64,000 nt of DNA from Emiliania huxleyi CCMP1516 (Eukaryota): assembly GCF_000372725.1 (NCBI RefSeq), contig NW_005201391.1:50736-114735 (forward strand), written 5' to 3'. The notes beneath the pieces were generated by a model, which was not told where the DNA came from, made no database searches, and saw only the letters and a list, made by a program, of their open reading frames with translations. This document shows, one piece after another, positions 13,452 to 25,165 of the stretch. Both the position numbers and the translations under genes were made by a program. How positions within the stretch are numbered: the stretch's first letter is position 1; every line of letters begins with the position of its first letter.

Positions 13452-15524
13452 ATGTCATCAACACCGCCGACGCACTCTCCTCTGTCCAGCTGGCTGCCCT
13501 TATTCCCTAGCAGGTTCCCTCGCATCGTGCTAATCAGCATACTGCTCGCGTCCCACCCGGTCTCCGGGAACCACGCTGAACAAGGACGTGTGCGGGATCT
13601 GGGTCGAGTCTCGCGTGAGGGCTTGACCGATTCTGTGCTCCCGGTGGCGGACAGCTTCTCTTTCGTCTCTCGCGCGTGGGGTCATGCCATGCCGACATCC
13701 CACAACAAGCCCTCTGATGTCAGTTTCTCTCTACCAGATTCTCGTCAGCTTCCTTTCACCGGAGCGCCTAAGGATCTCATTCATCGTCCAATCAAGCACC
13801 TCGCGAGCCTCCTTCGGTCGAAACGAGTATCGTGCGTCAACCTGGTCCGCGCCTTCCTCGACAGGCTGCGAGAAATGGACCGCTTTCTCTCGGTCGCGAT
13901 GCACATCTTCGACCGGGTTGCGATCGACATGGCGCACGACTTGGATGACCAGCTCAGTCGTGGATTGGATCGAGGCCCGCTGATGTGCATTCCGTTCGGC
14001 GTCAAGGATCATCACCAGGTCTATGACGAGCCGACCACCTATGGCCACGTGCTATACGGCGCGCACCGTGAGCATAGGGCGTCGACTGTTGTCCACCAAT
14101 TGATCAATTACGGTGCCATACCGCTTGCGAAGACAACCATGACGCCTTTGGCAATGGATGAGGCAGGCGTTCACGGGTGGGGCATGTGCATCTCTCCGTA
14201 TCTCAACGGCCACGGGTCCGGCTCGTCCTGCGGATCGGCTGCTGGCGCGGCCATTGGCGCGTTTCCCTTCGCCCTCTCAGAAGAGTCATTTGGGTCCATC
14301 GTGGGTCCTGCTTCGGCAAGTCTGGTTTCGGGGCACATTGCAAGCTACGGGGGTATCACACGCACCGGGGCAAACATCAATGATGTGGAGGTCGGCCATC
14401 TTGGCTTTCACTCGCGCTTCCTCGAGGATTATGGGATGATATACAACTACATGCGTGCCGAAGGCGCACGAGACCCTGGCGACGGGGACGCACGTGGCAT
14501 CACATTTGTTGACCCTGAGCATGTCAACCTAAGTGAGGTTCGCGTCATGGTCGTGAACCGCTTCACCGGTCCGAGGGGGGAAGCAAGACTCAAGCGAATC
14601 TCGCGCGCGTTGCGTGCATCGGGTATTAACTTTGACGTGATTGATCGGCGACGAGCCCGCCTAATGTGGTCTTTCAACCGAAGTACGCACCGAAATGCCT
14701 ACAGGGTCCTTGCAAAGCAGCGAGCCTCATTGTCTCCTGGGGTTGCCCAAAAGGCATTCAATCTGTTCTTGTCGAGGCACACACACCGCGGCCGATCTAC
14801 ACGGTCAATTGTGCCCCGCGTGGACGTGGCTCGGAGGGCTTGGGAGACGATTGGCAGGCAGTTCTTGAGCGACCGAGTCTGGAGGAAGTACAATGTCCTC
14901 CTAGATACAGATTTGTACACTGCGGGCGGCTATGATGCGCCAGTTCGCAACTTTGAGGAAGGAATTCGAACAGCAAAGACTGTCCTCGTGGACTTCTACG
15001 AATCCCAGCCCAACTGCTCGTCCATCACAGGTGCTGCGATCTCGCTCACCGCCTTACCCTTCAACGATCACCTCACATTCGCAGTTGGCGCCGCAATTCA
15101 AAAGTCTCTGTACATGGAGCATGATACCCTGGTCTTGCCGAACGACACGGCCATCAAGGAGGCGCTGTCCGACCGCCTCCGCTGCTTCTCATTGGGAAAT
15201 CGGACGGGGCAGGGAGGCGGATGCTCAAAGATGGAAGCGCGCACCTCCTCGGACATCGATATGTGCAACTTCTTGCCTCGTGCGTTTGCGAACGCGCCCT
15301 TCATCCCGCCGCATGCGATGCGTGATGCGATTCCGGACGAGGCCTTGTTGGGATGGCAACTGTGGCGACCATCGGCATGTAGATTTATCTGTCCATTCCT
15401 GCAATCATTCTGCATACACAAGAAGATCGACTGCCAGATGAACTCAAGTACATCACAACAACAACTACAACTACAACTTGACCGAATGGCGGGACATGGC
15501 GCAGGCGAGAAGCGACATCAGTAG
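13452..15524 (+). CDS. Amidase-signature family enzyme, intronless
   Basis: GPLMCIPFGVKD (Lys), GSGSSCGSAAG (cis-Ser) and EESFGSIVGPAS (nucleophile Ser); hydrophobic N-terminal segment. Confidence 0.88.
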   Translation: MSSTPPTHSPLSSWLPLFPSRFPRIVLISILLASHPVSGNHAEQGRVRDLGRVSREGLTDSVLPVADSFSFVSRAWGHAMPTSHNKPSDVSFSLPDSRQLPFTGAPKDLIHRPIKHLASLLRSKRVSCVNLVRAFLDRLREMDRFLSVAMHIFDRVAIDMAHDLDDQLSRGLDRGPLMCIPFGVKDHHQVYDEPTTYGHVLYGAHREHRASTVVHQLINYGAIPLAKTTMTPLAMDEAGVHGWGMCISPYLNGHGSGSSCGSAAGAAIGAFPFALSEESFGSIVGPASASLVSGHIASYGGITRTGANINDVEVGHLGFHSRFLEDYGMIYNYMRAEGARDPGDGDARGITFVDPEHVNLSEVRVMVVNRFTGPRGEARLKRISRALRASGINFDVIDRRRARLMWSFNRSTHRNAYRVLAKQRASLSPGVAQKAFNLFLSRHTHRGRSTRSIVPRVDVARRAWETIGRQFLSDRVWRKYNVLLDTDLYTAGGYDAPVRNFEEGIRTAKTVLVDFYESQPNCSSITGAAISLTALPFNDHLTFAVGAAIQKSLYMEHDTLVLPNDTAIKEALSDRLRCFSLGNRTGQGGGCSKMEARTSSDIDMCNFLPRAFANAPFIPPHAMRDAIPDEALLGWQLWRPSACRFICPFLQSFCIHKKIDCQMNSSTSQQQLQLQLDRMAGHGAGEKRHQ

Positions 15525-15867
15525 CCGCGTCGCTCCCTGAGAGACGATGCACAGAGATACACAAAATACCCCTAAAGCCTATCAAAAGTATGGGCCTGAT
15601 CAGCCCGTGTCTTGTGACGTTGTGAGTCGCCCGCTCTTTGCATGTTGACGATGCCTCGAATGATGCAATACGTACCATGGTACGTGCGTGATGGGCGGGG
15701 GGTAACAAAACAAGCCCGGGCCCGAAATTGCACAGAGTTCACAACCACACGTGAGGGAGGCATTTTCTTTTGAAAAATCTTTTCTTCTGAGTTGAGAAGA
15801 ACACCCCACAAAAAAGAAACTCGGGCAAACGCGCCGCGCAGCTCGAGATGGAGGACACTGATCACTG

Positions 15868-17078
15868 ATGGATACTGAACGGCAGCGCACGGCGGTTGCC
15901 AGCTCGAGCGATCAAACGCTCGCCGAGCGCGTCGCCGCTGCCGTCCAAGCCGAGATGGACGAGCTTCTCGCTCGGCACGCAGATGCAGACGAGGAGGTGC
16001 CCATGATGTCGCGCGAGCAGCTCCAGGAGCTCATGCACAGCGTGCTATTCGATTTGCTGGCGTCCATAATGGCCCTGCTTGATGTCAAGCACCGCCAGGC
16101 GAGGCGCGTGTGCAGCACGTGGCATGCCGAGTGGTGGGCGACGGATACGGTACGTCGTGGGCTGCGGAGGTAGGTGAGCCCGCCCGTGCTGATGCCGCAT
16201 GATACACACGTGAACGACATCATCGCTCTGGATGACGAGCGGCTCTGCCTTGCCTCCACAAGAGGGATGGGCGCTGGTGCTGGTGCTGACGGGATGCGCG
16301 TCATCGTCAACATGCACGCAATTCTCGACCCGAGCTCCGACTGCCAGCCGCTCACCCTGCACTGCAGTCACCAACCTTCGTGGCGCCTCGCAGCGGGCAA
16401 CGGCCGCATCTTCAGCTGTGGCGGTGACATTCGATCGTATCGGGTGACGGACTACTCCATGGTAGCAGCGCGCGCTCCATCCGCGCCATTCTCGTTCTTC
16501 GGTCTCGCTCTCGCCCCTGTTGGTCCGCTCCATCCTTCGCGGTGGAGAGGATGGAGGAAAGAGAGTGGATCGTCGCGCTGGACCCGGGCACGCTCGAGAC
16601 GCGCTTGACGTTTGGCGACTTTCAGAGTGGTGCTCTGCATGGGATGGCTGTCGTTGGCAAGGAGCTGTATGTCGGCCACGAGCCGGACTGCAGCATACGC
16701 GTCTTTTCCTTCACCGGCGAGCCGCTGCGCCAGATCACGGGTGCGTTTCGAGTGCCGCACGTGCTCCGCTACTTCATGCGGCGCCTGTACCTGCTCGAGT
16801 ACAACGACGAGTTTCCACATCTCGATGAGAACGGTGAGGTCGACGAGAGCGAGGAGGTGACCGCAGAGCGGTATCTGGCAGGGACGCGCGTCTTTGTGCT
16901 GACACCAGAGGGCGATCAGCTGCAGGTGTATGACTTACGACCACAGCTGCAGCGCCCAGGCGAATTCGTGTTTGCGATGAATGTTTTCGGCGGGCAGCTT
17001 CTCATCGCCACAAGCAGCCGCAGCTTGGACAATGTCAACAGCACCGTTGACTCGATGTTTGCACTGAGTGGCGTGTGA
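15868..17078 (+). pseudogene. F-box-like plus NHL/beta-propeller gene, interrupted
   Basis: LFDLLASIMALLD..RRVCSTWH is F-box-like and HGMAVVGKELYVGH..SIRVFSFTGEPLRQI is NHL-like. In-frame TAG at 16171-16173 and a frame change near 16530 (an intron is not excluded). Confidence 0.55.
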
Positions 17079-17695
17079 GACGCGTGCGCGGAGAAGCAGC
17101 AGGTGGCTGGAAGCCAGCACTCGCTGCAGCTGCTGCAGAGCCTCGCAACGCTCGACAATGCGAGGACAGCTCGGCCTCCTTAAACTTTGACTCCAGTGTG
17201 GGTGCGCGGCGAGCCAGTCTTGTGACACGCGCGCTGCTCACGCGTCTGGGCGACGGCATGGGCGCGCACCGAGGGCGGCGGCATGGGCTGAGCGCAAGAT
17301 GTGCGTGTGTTCCGTGTGAGAGGGACCGCTTCTTTTGAGAGAGAGATTTGTAGCGATACCAAACAACTCTATGCTCTTAACCCACAGTGAGAGGGTAAAA
17401 CTTTGTAAAATACTCTGACAAATCACACACATTTTTGTGATTTGAATATGAGCCTTTTGGGCGAGTTCTTTTTCTTTGCGGTATCTTGAGATGTATCTCG
17501 CCAAATCTGACCGTATCTCGTCATATCCCGCCATATCCCGCGCCGTATCCCGCCGTATATCCCGCCGTATAAGACTGCAGGGCCAGGGGCGAAAACACGG
17601 CGTTTTCTTCTTTCCCCACATGTACTGGTCCGGAGGGACCCGAGAAAGGTGAGAAAGATGGATGCTTTCGCTCCTCAACCCGAAGAGGCCTCAAA

Positions 17696-19834
<2,139 letters not shown>

Positions 19835-19849
19835 CTCGCTCGGGGCACA

Positions 19850-22096
19850 CGGCAGCGCATCGGGCGCCGCGAGGTGGCAGCGGGGAGGGGCGAGGCGGCG
19901 GCGGTCGAGGCGGGCGAAAGTTGTCAGCGGTTCGGGCGGCCAGGGTGGCAGCAGCGGGCCTGTTCCCGAGGAAGTCGGAGAGGCGGGCGGCGAAGGGGCG
20001 GTCTGCGATGCCCGGCCTCGGGCAACGGGGCAGCGGAGGCAGCAGCTGCCGCGTCCTTTTCCGGCGGCGCGCGGAGAGCGGAACGGGCGAGGGCGCCATC
20101 CCCGACGAGGTCGTGGAGGCGGCTGTGCAAGGCGACGATGCGGTGCTGGTGTGGCTCGACGGCGGCGGGCGGGTGGACGCGACGTTCACTCATATGAGTG
20201 TGAGCGGCAATGCGGTTCGTACTGATACTTTCTCGCCGCCGCCTACGGCCACACGAGCGGCTCCTGGCCGCGCAGCTGCTGCAGCGTGGCGCGTCGGTCG
20301 ACCTTCAGAACAATGAGAATGGCACCGCGCTGATCCTAGCCGCAAGGAACGGCCACAAACAGGTGGCCGAGCTGCTGCTGCAGCACGGGGCAGAGATCAA
20401 CTTGCAGGACTGCAAGGACCATACCGCGCTGATGCTCGCCGCCTTCAACAATTATCCCGCCGTCGTGCTCCGCTTGCTGCGGGCGGGCGCCGACGCGAAG
20501 CTGCGCTCGGTGTCTGGAGACACAGCGCTGGGGTTCGCCAAGAAGCAGGGCCACAGCGAGTGAGTGCGTGCCCTCGAGGGAGCCACCCCTTTGCCGCATG
20601 CTGCAGAGAGTGCATGCGGCGGCAAAGGGCGCGCCCGCGACGGCGGCAAAGGAAGCAGTGTGTGCTGAGGGGGCGGCAGCGAGGGAGGCGGAGCGGGCGG
20701 CGCCGGAGGCGGAGGCGGCACGGCATGCCGAGGAGCGCTGGCGGAGGTCGAGGCGGAGAAGCGCGCCAAGGGCAAGAAGGGCCCTGGGGTGTCGACGGGC
20801 CCCCGGGGGCGACGGGGGTGCTCTCCGCCCGCGGCGGCCGAAAACGGGGGTCGGTATATACGGTATCAACGAAGTGATGCACTTGATGCAAGGGTGCCAT
20901 TGTGCTCTACTACAAAAGTTGTGTAAGATGCCCAAGTCTCAGACGCTGGATCCTTAGCGGAGCTGAGTTCTGACGGTGTGAACACGAGCAACCGGAGTGA
21001 CGACCGGGACCGGGCCGCACGCCGGGAGTGCCCCGACTAGCAGTGGCGGGCGCGGACGAGCGAATGAGAGGTCGCTATCTGTGGGAGATGTGTTATTAGA
21101 GACTAGGGCTGCCTATCTCTCACTGAAAGGGACCTCTCATTCGCTCGTCCGCACCCGTCACAGCTCACGGAGTGCTCCGCGTGCCGCACCGGCCGCCGCC
21201 GGCCGCCGGCCGCTCACGGTAACGGAACAGTCTTACTACTCCGCAACGTTGAGCTGGATCAAACTGAATAGTGCTCCTGAAAGCCCTCTCTATGGGCTCT
21301 GCCACACAGTAGCAGCGCACGACTAGCCGCTGTTGTGGCTGTATTTGTAGCCATTTTTAGGCTTCAACTGGTCCCAAAATAGTAGCAACACCTCATGAAA
21401 ATCAGTCAAAAAGCCCGAAAAAGTCGGCGCCTGCGGCGGGCTTCCTGGGGCTGCGCCCCAGACCCCCTTGACTGGGGGGACCCCCCCCAAGAGCACCCCC
21501 GTCGCCCCCGGGGGCCCGTCGACACCCCAGGAGAAGGGCAAGAAGAAGAAGAAGAAGGCGGGAGCGGCGGCGCTGGGCCGTCGCAGGAGCCCGAGGCGCT
21601 GGCGGAGGAGGAGGCAGCCGCAGCTGAGGCGGCGAAGAAGGCCGAGGAGGCGAGGCTTCTCCTGCTTCTCGAGACGCTCAACGAGGAGAGGATTCCATTC
21701 GGCATTATTTACGGTGGAGACGCTGGTCGAGGGGCTGGCGGAGGCGTTGGGAGAGGCGACGAGCGAGGCGAGCGAGGCGAGCGAGGAGGAGACCGCGGAG
21801 GCGGGCGAGGAGGCGGCAGCGGAGGCGGCAGCGGCAACAGAGGCGGCAGCGGAGGCGGAGGTGGAGGCTGCGGTTGTGGCAGCGGCAGAGGAGGAGGAGG
21901 CTGCCGCGCAGCGGAGGAGGACGAGGAGGCGGCCGAGGCGGCAGGCTCCGCGGCCCCGAGGCGGCATTTGAGGCGGCAGAGGCGGCGCTCCCTCGCCGCC
22001 GCCAAGGCGAGGCGCGCGTCACTTGCCGCTGCGAAGGCCAAGGCACGGGAGAGGCGGCTTAGCCCGCGTGCAAGCCACGTTGGCGCAGTGGCAACC
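19850..22096 (+). pseudogene. Ankyrin-repeat pseudogene of the same family as 54673-56544
   Basis: Shares WLDGGGRVDATF, YPAVVLRLLRAGAD, poly-K and AEAAKKAEEARLL with the intact paralog. Has frameshifts, a TGA at 20561 and a transposon insertion. Confidence 0.85.
20783..21531. mobile_element. 749-bp non-autonomous DNA transposon (MITE-like)
   Basis: Perfect 42-bp TIRs (20783-20824, 21490-21531); 8-bp TSD AGAAGGGC at 20775-20782 and 21532-21539. Confidence 0.93.
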
Positions 22097-22476
22097 TGCG
22101 ACGGTGTATCAGTCGCCTTATGCCACCGTTGCATACCCTCAGTCGCCTTATGCCACCGTTGCATATCCGGATATGCAACGGTGGGGATATGCAACGGTGG
22201 CATAACGAGGCGACTGATACACCGTCGCAAAACTGCACGTCGGGTCTCGAGTTCGAATCCCGCAGTTCGACTCGGCGCAAAAAACCCAGACGGGCGTTGT
22301 CACTGGTTCGAAACCCACCTTAGCGTTCACCTGCTATCCGCCGGTACCCAAACCGGATGCATCTCCGCACGACCCAGGAATGTGCAGTTTTGCGACGGTG
22401 TATCAGTCGCGCCTTATGCCACCGTTGCATATCCGGATATGCAACGGTGGCATAAGGCGACTGATACACCGTCGCA
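22097..22476. mobile_element. 380-bp element with palindromic ends, TG..CA termini and 5-bp TSD
   Basis: CAACC at 22092-22096 and 22477-22481; each end is a self-complementary unit built around ATATCCGGATAT. Confidence 0.85.
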
Positions 22477-22697
22477 CAACCACGGGGTGGGGTCTCTAGT
22501 ACTCTGGGGTGCGCGTCCTCCGTTGAACGATGTCGTGACGAAGGAGTTTTGTGGCCGAGAGGGTCGCGCGCGGGCGGCGCGTTTGAGGTGCGTCATGTGT
22601 TTATAGTTCGTTGTACACAAAGGAATCGAGCACCCACCACGGGACTAGACCGCTCCCTAGAGTAGTACACACATCGATGGTAGCACCCCGGCTCAGG

Positions 22698-23954
22698 TCA
22701 GCGGCCGAGCACCGAGCCGCCGCGGTTCAGCTTGTCAAAGTCGTCCAGCAGCTGCGTGTCGAGCTCGAGGAACCGGTTCGCCGTCCCCTCCGGCATGCCC
22801 TCCTCGTTGAAGTCGGCGCCCGTGGCCCAGCCCGCGACCGTCTCGAGGCCCGCCGCGGTGTACTTGCCCGCGTAGATCGGCCCGACGGTGGCGTACTCGG
22901 CGGGGGCGGCGGGGTACGGGTAGTAGGAGCCGCCGACGTAGCCCGACACCTGCGACTCGTCCTGCACAACCTCGCCGCCGAGGTAGCCGCCGTCGTTGTT
23001 GCCGGGCACGACCGGCAGGTACTGCGTCCAGTCGTTCTGGTGCCCCGGCGTGCCCAGGTACTTGTCGGTCGAGAGGATGTCCGAGTTGGCGGCGTGGTCG
23101 TCGGTCGCGCCGTGGGTGTTGGCGCCGATGACGTGGGACGCGCCGTGCGCGAAGCCGGTCGTGGCGGCGTGCTCGAGGGAGGAGGTGCCGACGTTGGCGG
23201 CGCCGAGCGGCGAGGTGGTCTCCTTGCCGCCCGCCTCCGCGTGGTGGTCGCTCCACGCGCCCGTCCACACCTTCTCCTCCGGCGCGGCGGCGGCGAGCTT
23301 GCGCCGCTCCCCGCCGTCCTGCTCGGCGAGCGGCGCGCCGTGGTTGAGGGCGTCGAAGCTGTCGGCCGTCGCGGCATTGAGGTCGTTGAAGCCCGTCGCC
23401 GGGTCGGTGGTGCCGGCGGCGACTCCGGCGCCCGCGTTGGCGTACTGGAGGCCGGTGGCGATGCCCTGGTTCATGTACGCCTGCCAGCCCGCAAAGTGGG
23501 GAGCCGAGGCGGCGCCGGACGAGGAGGGCGAGGCGGGCGCGGCGGCGGAGGCGGGCGCGGCGCTCGAGGCGGCGGGCGAGCCGAGCGCCGCGGTGAGCGA
23601 GTCGACGACCGAGATGATGCCGGCGGTGAAGGCGTCGGTCGAGGAGACGATCGGCGTGGCGACGGCAGAGGTGACGTCGGTCCCGATGGTGGAGGCCGGC
23701 GAGGCGGCGGTGGACGCTGAGGCGGCGGACGGCGAGGCGGCGGCGGCGGCGGGCTCGCCCTGGTGGTTGAGCGCGCTGAAGGCGTCCGCGGTCTGAGCGT
23801 TGAGGTCGTCAAAGGAGCCCTCGCCCGAAGCGCCGGTGCCGGCGTAGGCGGCGCCCGTCTGAAGGCCCTGGTTCATGTAGGCTTGCCACCCGGCGGTGAG
23901 CTCGCGTCCGTGGAGCGGGACCGGGGCGGAGTACGTGGCGATGATCGAGAGCAT
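22698..23954 (-). CDS. Putative secreted repeat protein, 418 aa, copy 2
   Basis: Same protein as 18427-19701 except for one missing 6-aa APASAA unit. Confidence 0.85.
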   Translation of the reverse strand: MLSIIATYSAPVPLHGRELTAGWQAYMNQGLQTGAAYAGTGASGEGSFDDLNAQTADAFSALNHQGEPAAAAASPSAASASTAASPASTIGTDVTSAVATPIVSSTDAFTAGIISVVDSLTAALGSPAASSAAPASAAAPASPSSSGAASAPHFAGWQAYMNQGIATGLQYANAGAGVAAGTTDPATGFNDLNAATADSFDALNHGAPLAEQDGGERRKLAAAAPEEKVWTGAWSDHHAEAGGKETTSPLGAANVGTSSLEHAATTGFAHGASHVIGANTHGATDDHAANSDILSTDKYLGTPGHQNDWTQYLPVVPGNNDGGYLGGEVVQDESQVSGYVGGSYYPYPAAPAEYATVGPIYAGKYTAAGLETVAGWATGADFNEEGMPEGTANRFLELDTQLLDDFDKLNRGGSVLGR

Positions 23955-24257
23955 GCTTGGGCGGAAGGAGGTGGCTGTGCGTGACGAGTCGTCCTTGGGG
24001 ATGATGCAGGGACGCGTCCACTTCCGTACTCGGTTGGCGGGACCGCCGAGGGCGCGCGCGCTTATTCTGCCATGCCGGTATCTGCGCCAAAAGAGCGACG
24101 TCGCGCACACACCATCATGATGTCGGCTTCCGCTCTCATTTCTTTTAGAGAGAGAGCCCGGGCGCTCTCGGCTACGGGACCGGCCCCAGCTTCGGCTGAG
24201 GGCTGACACGCTGCCGAGCCCAATTCACTGTGAGAGTCGTGATTTCTTGTTGGTTTT

Positions 24258-24345
<88 letters not shown>

Positions 24346-24365
24346 GCGAGGCGAGAGCCCCGAAA

Positions 24366-24466
<101 letters not shown>

Positions 24467-24508
24467 CGAGCAGCCGCACCTTTCTTCGGCCTTGGCCACG
24501 TTGGCGAA

Positions 24509-25039
24509 AGAAAGAAAGAAAGAAAGAAAACACACAACCCAAGGGAGGGATGGGAGAACGGCACGCCGCCACCACACAGGGATTTTAAGGAGAGGAGGGT
24601 GTGATGCGCTAGCCGTCGCCCACCCTGGGGGGTCTGCCTCCTCGTATCTCTTTTCGCAGTCTCTCGCCGCTTCTCGCTGCAACCTTCATGCCACCTCGCG
24701 GCTGTCCCACTCTCGTCGTTCTCTCCCTTGTCACTTCCTCCTCTGTCGCGTCATTCTCTTCTGCCTCGTCCTGCGACGCCGCCGCCTGCCGGTCCCTTGT
24801 TCTCGCGGCTTCTTTCGCCTCTCGGCGCAACTCCGTCCTCCTTGCGGCGTATCCTGGCCCCTCGAGTCTATCGAGCTCCCCTCGCGCAAGGACCACATTT
24901 CTGACTCCCACTCCGATCATTTGCCTCCAAGTCATGTTGTTGCTCAGGTCCACTCTCTCTTCGAACACTCGTGCCTCTACGGATGATGCCGGCGCTGGGG
25001 TCCCCTTCGGATGCATCGTGACATCTGACAACTGAATTT
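24509..25039 (-). mobile_element. 531-bp 5'-truncated retroposon (LINE-like 3' end)
   Basis: 13-bp TSD CCACGTTGGCGAA (24496-24508, 25040-25052); (TTTC)n tail; ORF remnant 24609-25043; empty site in the left arm. Confidence 0.88.
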
Positions 25040-25165
25040 CCACGTTGGCGAAGAGGCGACCCGAGGAGTTTTTTTCTTCATTCTTCGCGATGTCCGCCCG
25101 CCGGTTATCTGCGGCGGAGGCGAGGCGTCTCTACCCGCTCCGGGCTCACATCCCTCGCGGGAAGC

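Noticed and set aside
22240..22320. tRNA gene
   Set aside because: GTTCGA motifs are present but I cannot fold a cloverleaf; kept only as part of the element.
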